Assembly (NCBI RefSeq): GCF_001194135.2
Contig: NC_068984.1
Location: 60,810,871 to 60,874,870 of the forward strand
DNA: 64,000 bases
Source: Octopus bimaculoides
Taxonomy: Eukaryota
Direction of reading: 5' to 3'
Numbering within the stretch: position 1 is the stretch's first letter; each line of letters opens with the position of its first letter. This document shows, piece after piece, positions 25,528-39,430 of the stretch. The position numbers and the translations under genes were made by a program. The notes beneath the pieces were generated by a model that worked only from the letters and a program-made list of their open reading frames with translations, was not told the DNA's origin and searched no databases.

Positions 25528-26517
25528 GTATGTTGAACAATGGAGTTCCTATTATTCAAAATAAATAGATAATGATATTTGATCATTTAACTACTCAATC
25601 AGGTTTTAACTAGTGCTAAATAACAATAAGGACAACAATCCGGAGAGGGATGTGATCCTCACAACTGATTTGCTTCTGACATTAAAATGAACAGTGAAAC
25701 AAAGTATGTCTTAAACATTCCTTCCGGTTAGATTTTCTTTAGCTTATGTATGTGTTATGTCAGGTCACTCTTAGTGCCACTGGTAACATTTATTCTAGTA
25801 CAGTCTATCGCATAGTCACACTATCGGCGATTAAACCGGCAAACCCACCAAGCCTGTCTTCGTAATGAGTGGGTAGGTGATTTCGTTGGCCATCCTGCAG
25901 TATGAAAAACAAAACCTGTCAAAGAACAAATAAACTCAGTTGAGTCAACAGCCATCAAACAGGTGTTTATGAGGAAACCCTAGTCTTTGTTTAGGCATCT
26001 CTCCAGGAAAAAAGAAATTCCGAAATAACACCCTCCTAAATGCAATCCCGGCGATGTTGCTTTTGCTTGTTTCCGAACTACTTGACTTTGTAGGTGAGCG
26101 TCTCGGCGGGGTTTTGTAGGTGAGAGTCTTAGGAAACTGTTACTGACTTTAAATTTCAGTATGAGCATTCTCGGCAGCTATTGTCTTTAACATCTTTAAC
26201 ATCTGAGTTGAAAAATAATTTGTCAATAATGGTCATATTTGCCTTCTAGTTGACAGTTGCAATGTATGTATGTATGTATGTATGTATGTATGTATGTATG
26301 TGTGTATGTATGTATGTATGTATGTATTATGTACACACACACACACACACGTGCGCGCTCAACAGTGTAGTTGATAGAAGATGGCACGTATCTGCGTAGG
26401 AGAAGGCAAGTGACTCAATGGACTTTTTTATGAGAACATTACTTTGACCTTCATTGTACTTAATTATGCCAAACCTATCTAGCAATGATTCTCATTTATT
26501 TTTATGATATTCATATT

Positions 26518-26585
<68 letters not shown>

Positions 26586-27023
26586 TGTATGTATGTATAA
26601 ACAAATTTAACAGTGCAGATATATAAATATACATATAAAGCATTGAACAGCAACAAACCTCTCACCAGGCCCTAAAACTCCTTGATATAAATTAGATTTT
26701 CAAGTTGAGCTGCATCAGCCTGACGAATATAAATATGCGATAGAAAGAATATAAAGTTATTTCTTATTTTCTTCATTGAAGTGAATTTTTTCCTTTTATT
26801 TCTTTGTTTTAGGAAACGTGATTCCTTTTATTTCTGTCTTCTCACTTTCCAAATGAATAAATTATAGATGTTTTGGATTGTATTTCTCTTTTATGGAAAA
26901 CACTAACACACAAAATAATACATACATAAATTAATATATAACTAGACAAGTTCCAACATAAACAAACATGCGCGCACACGAACGCAAGAAGACACACACA
27001 TGCACACATGCATAGACACGCAA

Positions 27024-27066
<43 letters not shown>

Positions 27067-27540
27067 CATGTGTATACATATATATATATGACTATATATA
27101 TACATATATGTATATGACTATATATATATATATATNNNNNNNNNNNNNNNNNNNNNNNNNNNNNNNNNNNNNNNNNNNNNNNNNNNNNNNNNNNNNNNNN
27201 NNNNNNNNNNNNNNNNNNNNNNNNNNNNNNNNNNNNNNNNNNNNNNNNNNNNNNNNNNNNNNNNNNNNNNNNNNNNNNNNNNNNNNNNNNNNNNNNNNNN
27301 NNNNNNNNNNNNNNNNNNNNNNNNNNNNNNNNNNNNNNNNNNNNNNNNNNNNNNNNNNNNNNNNNNNNNNNNNNNNNNNNNNNNNNNNNNNNNNNNNNNN
27401 NNNNNNNNNNNNNNNNNNNNNNNNNNNNNNNNNNNNNNNNNNNNNNNNNNNNNNNNNNNNNNNNNNNNNNNNNNNNNNNNNNNNNNNNNNNNNNNNNNNN
27501 NNNNNNNNNNNNNNNNNNNNNNNNNNNNNNNNNNNNNNNA

Positions 27541-27592
<52 letters not shown>

Positions 27593-27897
27593 CATATGCA
27601 TACATAAACAAATATTTATATATATACTTATATACTTATATATACACACATATATTTATGTATATTCATATATATATATATATATGTATGTATACAAGCA
27701 CACTCATATATATAACACATGTATATATAAATATAACACGTATATGTATTTACATATAAGCATATACATGTCTATATATGTGTGTGTTTGTATATATATA
27801 TACATACATACACACATACACACACACACACACACATACACACATATATATATATATAAAACACACACACGCATATATATTACGTATATGCATAAAC

Positions 27898-27934
<37 letters not shown>

Positions 27935-28551
27935 TATATGTGTATACACACACACATATATATACACACACACGTTTATGAATTTATTCATGCGCTAGTG
28001 TGTATATGTGCGTTGTGTGTGTTTGTATGTGTCTATGTGTGTGTGATTGTTCGTGCCAGTGTTGGTGGTCTCTTTGTTGACGCTGTTATCGCAAATAGTA
28101 TTTCTAATATCGTCACTGCTATAGTTTTTATCACTGTCGTTGAGATTTTATTACTGTCCAAAATTGTATTATTGCCTTTTGTATCATTACTGTTATTATA
28201 CTTATTCGTATATATTTCCCTCGTTCCTCCATATATAAGCAATGCTAAAGACCTATTTTTCGCAGGATACTGACACACTGGTTATGCCAGCAATAAGTAT
28301 CTAGAGTTCCTGGGACAGTGGAATTGTTTAAATATCAATCTTAAAGAGTAGATTGTCAGGAGTTCGTAGTGCCTCTTCTACTTGACACTCAGTTGGCATA
28401 TGTCTGAAAAGAGGTAAAATTTATTCAAATATCAAAAGCAAGAAATAAATGTTGTCGAGGAAAATAGAGGTGCAAAATCACTAAAACACTAGGATGAAAA
28501 TATTTTTCGTGTTAAGCCAAGAAAGAAACGGACGAATATATCCAACAATCT

Positions 28552-28577
28552 AATCTATCTATCTATCTATCTATCTC

Positions 28578-28640
<63 letters not shown>
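28552..28640. repeat. (TATC)n microsatellite
   Basis: Direct reading; similar tracts near 34865, 35370, 36577, 39382, 40980 and 47050. Confidence 0.95.
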
Positions 28641-29519
28641 GACGANNNNNNNNNNNNNNNNNNNNNNNNNNNNNNNNNNNNNNNNNNNNNNNNNNNNNNN
28701 NNNNNNNNNNNNNNNNNNNNNNNNNNNNNNNNNNNNNNNNNNNNNNNNNNNNNNNNNNNNNNNNNNNNNNNNNNNNNNNNNNNNNNNNNNATCTATCTAT
28801 CTATCTGACGAGGTTCTAGTCAGTTAAATGTATATGTTTGCATATGTATGTATATATACACGTGCAAACACATAGATACTTCCAAACTGTATGCATGCAT
28901 GCACATGCATCCATATGCACGCATTCGTGTGTCAGTGGGTGTATCAACTATGTATTCAAAGGTCGATCAACTGTCAGACTAGAGAAGATTCAATGCAGTC
29001 AATGCATCTTGAAACTGTTTTCTTTTTATTTCAACTGGTCATGCACACATCGATATGTACGTGTGTGTGTGTATGCGTGCATGCATGGAGAGTGAGGGAG
29101 AGAGAGAGAGAGAGAGATTGAGAGAGAGAAATTATTCATTGAAAGCAACAGTATATAATTTGAATTATTTATCATCTTAATAGATTGCCACGATATTTCA
29201 ACAAGGCCTGTATCAGCAGAGTTTCATCAGAGAAGCATAGCGAATGCAGAAAATATTAAAAGAATGGCATGGCCATGTTGTAAGGGTATGAATAAATCGA
29301 ACAAACTCACATACACACATACACACACGTATACACACACATGCACACAGGCGTGTGCATGCACGCACTCACACACACATGCACATACGTACACACGCAC
29401 ACACACATACGTGCGCGCATACACATACACACACACATACTCTCACACAGACCTGCCCACAAACTTGAACGTAAGTATGTATGTAGATATGTATATATGT
29501 ATGTATGTACATCTATTGT

Positions 29520-29707
29520 GTGTCCTTGTGTTTGTGTTTACCACCACTACGGTACTGATTTGTTTACGCACCCGTTAGACAAAAGAGACCGATAAGGTAA
29601 AGTACCAGGTTTTAGAAAATAAGTGTTGGATTCGATTCGTTTGATTGAAACCATTCAATATGGCGCCCTAGCATGACAGCGATCCAGTGACTGAAACAAG
29701 TAAAAAA
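29520..29707 (+). mobile_element. SINE family B 3' portion, degenerate
   Basis: GAGACCGATAA...GTGACTGAAACAAGTAAAA tail. Confidence 0.7.
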
Positions 29708-29737
29708 TGATGTGTGTGTGTTTGTGTGTATGTTGGT

Positions 29738-30124
29738 GTTGTTGTTGGCACTCCGACGCTTACGACGTCGAAGGTTCCAGTTGATCCGACCAACGGAACA
29801 GCCTGCTCGTGAAATTAACGTGCAAGTGGCTGAGCACTCCACAGACACGTGTACCCTTAACGTAGTTCTCGGGGATATTCAGCGTGGCACAGAGTGACAA
29901 GGCTGACCCTTTGAATTACAGGCACAACAGAAACAGGAAGTAAGAGTGAGAGAAAGTTGTGGTGAAAGAGCACAACAGGGTTCACTACCATCCCCTACCG
30001 GAGCCTCGTGGTGCTTTAGGTGTTTTCACTCAATAAACACTCACAACGCCCGGTCTGGGAATCGAAACCGCGATCCTATGACCGCGAGTGCGGTGCCCTA
30101 ACCACTGGGCCATTGCACCTCCAC
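29738..30124 (-). mobile_element. tRNA-derived SINE family C, full length
   Basis: High identity to 9081-9465 and 59539-59922. Confidence 0.92.
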
Positions 30125-30730
30125 TATGTGTATGTATATATGTATGCATGTACGTATGTACGTACGTATGTATGTATGCTGATAATGCATTATTTGTATC
30201 ATTCTCATGTCATGCACAATGTTCTTGCAACCAGTAGATTCGTTTATCTTTCTAGTTATTTATGTGGCGGGGATGACTGTTAAAAGTAACTCTTCATTGT
30301 TTAATGTAAAGTACAAGTTTGAAATCTGGTTAAAACTAAGAATTGTTGAGTGTTTTTTAAAAATTTTATCTATAAACACATGTCTCGATATTCGTATTAC
30401 CTCCTTAGTACAACTCATAGAAAATATATTATTAGTGAATTTATGTTAAAGTTGTGCATAAAAGATAGATGTACAGGAAAATAAAATTATAACGAACACC
30501 GATCAGTGGTGGTACATTATAAGCTAGAAATGTTCAGTGACATTTAAACGTTATTCACGTGGGATGTGCATTCAAATTTGAAATTTGAATGAATTATATA
30601 TACGTATATATATTTGTATATACTTATATATATGTTTGCATACATACATACATACCTACATACATACATACATACATACATACATACATGCATACATACA
30701 TACATACATACATATATATATATACATACA

Positions 30731-30783
<53 letters not shown>

Positions 30784-31549
30784 GCACACATATATATATA
30801 CAGATACATATATACATACTCACACACATAATCCTATATATTTCTGTATCTGCGAAGTGTTGCCTGAAATATTTCTTTACTGCCTCTGTCATTAAATAAA
30901 CCGGGGTGTATAGTTTTAATGTATCGTTATTTTGTTGTCTCTGCCGCCTTTAAGTTTTGTCCCGTGTCAGATCCATCCTATTTTAGATATTTCCTATTTT
31001 AAAACATCTGATTTATTACACTAGAATAATGTAGTCAACATTAGAACATTACAGAAGAAAACACAAATTATATATATATATATAATATGTCCATTTAAAT
31101 ATATTTATGTTTTTATTTATGCATGTTGTATGGAAGTATGTATGAAGGCAACGTCTTTGTAGAAAAGTTAGAAGCTTGAAAACTATATTGTGCAGTATTT
31201 ATTCCGTTGAGGACAGTTTTGACTTTCATCCTTTCGTGCTCGATAATAAATTTCTAATCCAAGGCGGGATCGTGTGGTGGGGTTGTTAGAAGGTCAGACG
31301 AGATATTTTGCTGTATGTATTCTGGCTATATTTGGTAGTATCTATTCTTGCATTCTGATAGCAATGCCTGCGACGGCACTGTTGCCAATCTCTATCGGCC
31401 AAGTCGGCTGATGGCGACTGGCAAAAATAACTCTCGGATAAACATCACTATCCGATGTTTATCCGATAGATAAACATCGGTAGCAGGGAGAAAGATTCAC
31501 TTGCATAGATGATTGCCAGTTTACCTTCTAAAAGTATTAACCCGACCCT

Positions 31550-33000
31550 CATAAGAAATTTATAAAGAAATTAGAGACTTTGTCAATCTCAGGGTCTTTC
31601 TCGTTGCTTTTAGCTATTAAGTGTGTCTGTTCTTTGCCAGCTGTTGTTGGTATGCACCTTTTACCCTTTTCTCTCTTCAGGTCCATTCTACTTATATCTT
31701 TTCCCTTTCTGATTCTGATTCATTCTCCTTTCTCTGGTTGTGCTGAATGTTTCTGTTCCAAAGCCAGTCCTAGTATGACTGATTTTTCCAATGATATTAG
31801 TGTATCTTTTAATGTCCCGTAAAAGCGTTTTTTTACGCTTAATTCAAACGCCGTGTTCTCCTTGAATAATACCCATCTTTGAAACATTTGAACCTTCATA
31901 TTTTTTCTGATGTAGCTTAATTTGACCGTTGCTTTGCTTCCAGTGTCTCATCACTTTTTATTAATATTATATTTTAAAAAAAGTATTTGGTTACTTTTGT
32001 TCTTTCTGTTTTGATAAGTAAAGGTAAATCTTTTTAGATTATACTCTCTTCTTTTTGCTTGGTTTGGGTGAACAGTATTTGACATTTACGATTAAGCCTT
32101 TCCATGAATATCACGACTACTTGAACAGATGAGATCATTTAATCTGCGGATATTTTGGTAGTTTGTAACAGTAGACAGAATATTGTGCAGAACCCTGCTA
32201 CATTTATTTCTTTCGTAAAGTTCTTTGAACGTCTGTAACTTGGAAAGAGATTTATGTTAATCCATTTTCATCGATTTTCTTTCTACTTTTCTCTCTCCTT
32301 TATTGCTTCTGGTAGGTCTAGCTCAATATTAATGCTTGTTGATCTGCTGTAATGTGTGTTATTATGTCTGTTATTAAATGAGGAATCAAGTGTATATATT
32401 TGCAGTGTTCGTGAATTAGCTTGAATGTGTCCATTGCAACTTTTATGAGCTTCATTATCATTTTGATTTTTGTAATTTTTTTTTCTCTCTGTCTTAGTTT
32501 TGCTCTGACGCTACGTTTCTTGTCTGTCTTTGCTACTATCTGAAGTCAGTTTTAATGTCCGTGAATTTTTCTATTTAAATTTTTGGAAACTTAATACTGT
32601 TTATTTCGAATCTCCATATGTTCGTTAGTGCATTAAGATTTATACTTACTTTCTTTCTATTCAAGTTATAGGTCTGTTTTATAGTACTCGTGTGTATTAG
32701 ATATAGCATTAATGTATAATAGCAATACATCTCCCTAGTGTATTGTTCATTGCTCCAACGTTCCTTTCTTTCAATTTAGTTTATATGTTGGACGTTAGCA
32801 TTATGGCACGTAATTTCGTTTGTTAACTTTTGAGAAGGATATTGAGTCTGAATTAAGCATGACGTTATTCTTGTATCGTATTTAACGCATGCTAAGAAAT
32901 TCCCCAGACATCTTGGCTCAGCCATCTGTATTTTAGCTCTAGTTTGATTTATTAATGGACATAGTTTTTCCTTGCCTAATAATCACATATAAGACATAAA
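31550..33000 (-). pseudogene. Old decayed LINE (RTE-like) ORF remnant
   Basis: Minus-strand fragments ...VAGFC..., ISHTRTGFGTETFSTT (similar to xLPTLTYGSETW), EWT*REKRVKG (similar to EWxPRxKRxxGRP); many stops and frameshifts. Confidence 0.45.
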
Positions 33001-33145
33001 ATAAGCATCCACCTTTACAGTAACATTTTCTTCACTTTTTAGGCTAATTTTGGTCTTGTTATTGGATCAGTTTCGGTTTTTACGGGAGCTAGGTTCATTG
33101 TTATTGGCATCATCATCATCACTGTTGTCGTCGTTGTTGCTGTAA

Positions 33146-33146
33146 C

Positions 33147-33193
<47 letters not shown>

Positions 33194-33290
33194 TAATTAT
33201 AATAATAGTAATAATAATAGTAATAATAATAAGGATAATGATAATAATAATAATAATAATAACAATAATAATAATAATAACAATAATAAC

Positions 33291-33350
<60 letters not shown>

Positions 33351-33381
33351 TATTATTATTATTATCATTATTATTATTATT
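33146..33381. repeat. (AAT)n microsatellite switching to (ATT)n
   Basis: Direct reading; source of the poly-Ile ORFs. Confidence 0.97.
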
Positions 33382-33383
33382 AA

Positions 33384-33600
33384 AGTGGAGGTGGAAGAAT
33401 CATTAGCACGCCGGACAAAGTGCTTAACAGCGTTTCGTCCATCATTATGTTCTGAGTTCAAATTCTGTCGAGGTCAAATTTGCCTTTCACACTTTCTGGG
33501 TCGATAAAGTAAGTACTTGTCAAGCACTGGGGTCGATGTAATTGACTAGTCCGCTTTCCCAGAATATCAGGCTGTGCGCCTATAGTAGATAGGGTTATTA
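33384..33600 (+). mobile_element. SINE family A, near full length
   Basis: AGAATCATTAGCACGCCGG head, GAGTTCAAATTC B box, CCTATAGTAGA tail followed by (ATT)n. Confidence 0.85.
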
Positions 33601-35285
33601 TTATTATCGATATTTTTCCTTATAATAATAATAATAATAACTATTATTGTTTTATGAATACGACGATGGCAACAAGAACCAGCAGAAGCAGCAGCAGCAG
33701 TACCAGCAGCAGCACCACCACCACCACCACTACTACTACTTCTACTACACCGTGGTTTATTTTCATTGAGCTCTGAATGTCGAAGACAGTAATTCATATA
33801 AACTGTTATATTTGTGGGGTCACCGGTTGAATTGAGTTATGATTCCTTGTTTATCAAGCAAGTAAAACAAGCAAAATCAATACTTACCCAAGGTGTACTT
33901 TTGGGAGAAGCTCAACTCGGCGTCTGTGAGCAAATAACACACCGATTTCACAATAATTTCACAAGCCAGCAAGAAACCGTTTATATAAAGTCGCTTTACT
34001 AGTTAGAAATGGCAGCCATATTATCTCTCTCGCATCTTACCTTATCGTCTAAGCAAAAAGGAAGAAGACAGGTAATGCAGATTCAAGGGTTTTATAACTG
34101 AAAATAAGTTTATCATGGCTCGAACGCTTTTGCTCAGTTAGAGAAGACCTAGGGCTTAATAATAATAAGAACAACATTACAAGGAACTGAAGCTGCAGCA
34201 GCAACGACAACAACAGTAACAGTAGCCACAACGGTGATTCCACTTCTTATAGCAGCGAACTGTATTACATTGCGTTTACGATAACCAACCAGGTGAACAA
34301 AGATATTTGAGATTCGATATATCATGGTCCATGATATATATTATGTCATTGTTAACAGCATATGAATTGCCCACATATTACCTTCATCTGGCAATTTGGC
34401 AACGTTTTAAATTTGGGCAACTGAAAATTCAATGGCGGACTGACATCATATTAAAGTCATTCGAGGTTTTGATTTTTCAGAATAAGAATACTCAATATTA
34501 GTTATTAAAAAATTTTAACAGAGAGTGTAAACTCACAGGTTAAATAGTTGAAAATATTTTTCTTGGGATTTGTCAAGCTTAAATTAATCTTAAAATGACA
34601 TTGCAGGCACGGGTTTATTGATTTTGACGGTGGGAGTGATTATTTTTGATAAATATTAGTTTGAAACATTTTCAGTTAAGAATCTTATATTTCTTATTCA
34701 AATGACTAATATTTATTCATTGCACACGATGTTTACTTGCCAAGTAATCATATACAAAATACTATATATTTTGGTGGAGTTGGGGTAATTTATCTTGGAA
34801 CTGTGTTGTAAGCAGGCTGAATAAATCAATTCAGCACATCAGTGCTGTAGTACCGTATAAGAGTATCTATCTATCTATCTATCTATCTATCTGTCTATCT
34901 GTCTGTCTGTCTGTCTGTCTGTCCGTCCGCCTGTCCGTCCGTCCGTCTGTCTAGTCTGTCTGTCTGTCCGCCTGTCTCTCTCACTCCCTTTCTTCCTCTC
35001 CCTCTCCCTCTCTCTCTCCCTCTCCCTCTCTCTCCCTCTCTCTCCCTCTCTCTCTCCCTCTCTTTCTCTCTCTCTATCTATGTTTCTATCTATCTTTCTC
35101 TCTCCTTTTCCCCTATAAAGGCGTATGTATAAATAAATTTACACACGCACACACACAAACACACACACACGTGCGTGTACAAATATGTGTAAACACATAT
35201 GAGTATGTGTATGTATATATCTGTACGTTTATTATAAATGTATGCATCTATACATATATACATGTATATATTTATGTATGATATT

Positions 35286-35328
<43 letters not shown>

Positions 35329-35377
35329 ATGTTTATGTGTAACGGTTTTTCTATCTANNNNNNNNNNATCTATCTTC

Positions 35378-35447
<70 letters not shown>

Positions 35448-35449
35448 AT

Positions 35450-35772
35450 CGGCAACTCCAACAACCCGGGTCAACGTTGAGCGACTGTATCACAACTAAC
35501 ACATTCTATAGTGGATTAGTGGAGGGAAGGTACGACGACGATATCGAGGCGAACCTGGGCGTCGATGAGGAATACCTGACCCGCCTGTTTAAGACGACCT
35601 TCGGGCCGGGACCTATGGACAACTTCCAGAGATCCCTGGCCTGGCAGTGCTATCGAGAAGCACTACCCGTTCGGGATAAGCTCTACAGGCATGGCTCGAG
35701 AAACACGGGGCCGACCTGTCCAAGATGCGGGCAGAGCGACGAAACCGTTCTGCACGCACTCGTACAGTGTCC
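35450..35772 (+). mobile_element. L1/Tx1-clade LINE ORF2 C-terminal fragment with zinc knuckle (zf-RVT-like), continuing into a gap
   Basis: Open GC-rich frame ...FQRSLAWQCYREALPVRDKLYRHG...TCPRCGQSDETVLHALVQC (CxxC-x7-H-x4-C). Confidence 0.85.
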
Positions 35773-36628
35773 NNNNNNNNNNNNNNNNNNNNNNNNNNNN
35801 NNNNNNNNNNNNNNNNNNNNNNNNNNNNNNNNNNNNNNNNNNNNNNNNNNNNNNNNNNNNNNNNNNNNNNNNNNNNNNNNNNNNNNNNNNNNNNNNNNNN
35901 NNNNNNNNNNNNNNNNNNNNNNNNNNNNNNNNNNNNNNNNNNNNNNNNNNNNNNNNNNNNNNNNNNNNNNNNNNNNNNNNNNNNNNNNNNNNNNNNNNNN
36001 NNNNNNNNNNNNNNNNNNNNNNNNNNNNNNNNNNNNNNNNNNNNNNNNNNNNNNNNNNNNNNNNNNNNNNNNNNNNNNNNNNNNNNNNNNNNNNNNNNNN
36101 NNNNNNNNNNNNNNNNNNNNNNNNNNNNNNNNNNNNNNNNNNNNNNNNNNNNNNNNNNNNNNNNNNNNNNNNNNNNNNNNNNGGAGCCACCTTGAGCATA
36201 ACCCTATGAACTAGAAAAAAAAAATCCAGAAAAAAAAACAAAAAGGCAAAAGAGAGTCACTTACTGTTATAGTTTCTTCAATGACAATATTGACCAAGTT
36301 TACCGTGGTCTTTTCCGTAGGCTTTTCTTTCCACGGCTAAACCTAAACTGTCCTCCCCTCTTTATACACGAGAACATTATTGTGATACACGATCCCTATT
36401 GATCGCTTTTTTTTTCCTCGATCCCTTTTGATCGAACTCCCCCCTTTTTCCTTTTCTACGATCCCTTTTGATCGCCACACCCCTACTTTTTTTTCCTTCC
36501 CCCTCCCAAAAAGAAAAGCTCTACATTGTATTTGTCCCATCTTTGTTGAGCCCTGTGTGGCTAATAAAAGAAATGTATCTATCTATCTATCTATTTATCT
36601 ATCTGTCTATCTATCTATACATAGATAT

Positions 36629-36892
36629 ATACTTCACTCGTTTAGTACTATTCCTATTCTCACTTCATGTCCATTGTCCAGAAATCTTTCGTCAAACATC
36701 TGTGACCTCCTCAGCAACCCTTTCCGTCTTCATGTATGCTCTTTATTCTCTTGCTGATACGAATGTAATAAGCAGAGGAAGAGCACACACGAAGACGGAA
36801 AGTGTCGCTGTGGAGGTCACAGACATGTGACGAAAGATTTCCGGACAATGGACATGAGTGAGAATAGCAACAGTAATCAACGAGTGAAGTAT
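36629..36892. mobile_element. Palindromic (fold-back) MITE, ~265 bp
   Basis: Arms of ~125 bp: TACTTCACTCG...TCATGTCCATTGTCCAGAAATCTTTCGTCA...TCCGTCTTC versus its reverse complement on the right; very short spacer. Confidence 0.85.
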
Positions 36893-36995
36893 CTATAGTT
36901 CATGTGTTCATTTGGCGCACAAAAAGCGAAATACAACAATATCTGTTTTAACACATGACTTCACATCAGGAATCTTGCAACACAAATTCATAAAC

Positions 36996-37034
<39 letters not shown>

Positions 37035-38334
37035 TCACAGGATTATCGCTCAGACGTAGATGCACTCTACACCGCCAGCAGATTGCACACCCAGAATACC
37101 TTTTAGTGATCATATTGAGAAATGCGCAAAACAAATGCTACCACAATTTATAATCTTTCTTTTTTATCAACGTGCCATTAAAACACCAACACAGATTAGA
37201 TTAAATAAGGAAACCTTTTTCATTCAAAAATACAAACCCAAACTTAACCATTGCTAACACATTTAAATAAGGAAANNNNNNNNNNNNNNNNNNNNNNNNN
37301 NNNNNNNNNNNNNNNNNNNNNNNNNNNNNNNNNNNNNNNNNNNNNNNNNNNNNNNNNNNNNNNNNNNNNNNNNNNNNNNNNNNNNNNNNNNNNNNNNNNN
37401 NNNNNNNNNNNNNNNNNNNNNNNNNNNNNNNNNNNNNNNNNNNNNNNNNNNNNNNNNNNNNNNNNNNNNNNNNNNNNNNNNNNNNNNNNNNNNNNNNNNN
37501 NNNNNNNNNNNNNNNNNNNNNNNNNNNNNNNNNNNNNNNNNNNNNNNNNNNNNNNNNNNNNNNNNNNNNNNNNNNNNNNNNNNNNNNNNNNNNNNNNNNN
37601 NNNNNNNNNNNNNNNNNNNNNNNNNNNNNNNNNNNNNNNNNNNNNNNNNNNNNNNNNNNNNNNNNNNNNNNNNNNNNNNNNNNNNNNNNNNNNNNNNNNN
37701 NNNNNNNNNNNNNNNNNNNNNNNNNNNNNNNNNNNNNNNNNNNNNNNNNNNNNNNNNNNNNNNNNNNNNNNNNNNNNNNNNNNNNNNNNNNNNNNNNNNN
37801 NNNNNNNNNNNNNNNNNNNNNNNNNNNNNNNNNNNNNNNNNNNNNNNNNNNNNNNNNNNNNNNNNNNNNNNTATATATATACATATGTGTTTATATCTCA
37901 CATCTGTTTTTCTATTATGATATTGTCAGCTTAGAAATTGCAATCGAAAAGTCATGATTTGCACAAAACCGTGAAAATATAATGAGTAATGAAATGAATC
38001 ATCATTTCTTGTATATATTACTAGAATTGAAAGCCGTATGCATAATGACTGACCGAACGTATGTTGGGAACAGTTAGAACAAGAATACCGATTGGTTCTC
38101 TGTGACGCACTTCTTAAGTTGCCTGTAAAATTGCTGTTAGCTACTCTCTGTTACTGAACTAACAGCAAAATAATGTGCTTACTCAATGATATAGCATGTG
38201 TTACCTACTGAACTACTGAGAAATAGACAGATAGATTGAGAGAGAGGAGGAGAAAGAAGACAGAGAGAGAGAGAGAGATGAGAGAGAAAAGAAGAGAACG
38301 AGAGACAAATAGATAGATAGATAGATAGAAAACT

Positions 38335-38640
38335 TCAGGATTCTAACCACACTATTTTGGTATTTGGGTAGCAACTGTTATTTCTTATTTGCTAACACCT
38401 AGAAAGTATGAGAAATGGATTATGTTTTCTTCAAACTTTGCTTTTCATGCAGTTATTCAAACTCAAAATAATCCCTCTCAACACAAGGGTATGATTCTCC
38501 CCGACTACTCCTGCTCATGATCAGAGAGGGACATATTCCCAGCCACTAAGGGCCATGCCCATGTGGTTATGGTCAAGCAACTGACAAGCAAATCTGTGGT
38601 ACTGAGCAGAATATTTGCTACAATGATATTTCTGCTTCAG
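38335..38640. mobile_element. Probable interspersed repeat (SINE-like), single copy in this window
   Basis: Resembles a recurrent octopus repeat from memory (CAAGCAAATCTGTGGTACTGAGCAGAATATTTGCT); not verifiable here. Confidence 0.35.
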
Positions 38641-39380
38641 CAACTCAGCGTTGAATCTGTCTGAAACGTAATGGAAAATAGATCAATTTCAATACATTGA
38701 TGCTCAGGTCACAGAAGCAAAGTTTGAAGGGAATAGTAGTCATTTCCTTTGATTTGTAGACAGAAGCAAATAGGAAATAACACTTACTGCCCGAAGAAAT
38801 ACCCCACCCCCCAAAAAAAAATTATCGTGTTATTGCAAGTAAGAATGGGAAATATTTGTAATAGTTTAGATTAGACAATCTTGGAAAAGGTGGAATTGAT
38901 ATCCACANNNNNNNNNNNNNNNNNNNNNNNNNNNNNNNNNNNNNNNNNNNNNNNNNNNNNNNNNNNNNNNNNNNNNNNNNNNNNNNNNNNNNNNNNNNNN
39001 NNNNNNNNNNNNNNNNNNNNNNNNNNNNNNNNNNNNNNNNNNNNNNNNNNNNNNNNNNNNNNNNNNNNNNNNNNNNNNNNNNNNNNNNNNNNNNNNNNNN
39101 NNNNNNNNNNNNNNNNNNNNNNNNNNNNNNNNNNNNNNNNNNNNNNNNNNNNNNNNNNNNNNNNNNNNNNNNNNNNNNNNNNNNNNNNNNNNNNNNNNNN
39201 NNNNNNNNNNNNNNNNNNNNNNNNNNNNNNNNNNNNNNNNNNNNNNNNNNNNNNNNNNNNNNNNNNNNNNNNNNNNNNNNNNNNNNNNNNNNAAAAGTAT
39301 TAGTGAAGGAGTGATATTTTTTTATGTATTTGAGAAAACTGAGGAGAGAATGCCAAAAGATCTCAAACTAGACTTGCTGC

Positions 39381-39430
<50 letters not shown>

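Noticed and set aside
33888-33923. Minus-strand 36-nt microexon candidate (cag...GTAAGT; AELSFSQKYTL)
   Set aside because: Canonical sites and phase 1-1, but too short to distinguish from chance without RNA-seq.
36670-36716. CUGAGGA...GAAA on the - strand inside the fold-back MITE
   Set aside because: No valid NUH cleavage triplet or stem I; the opposite arm has CUGUGGA.
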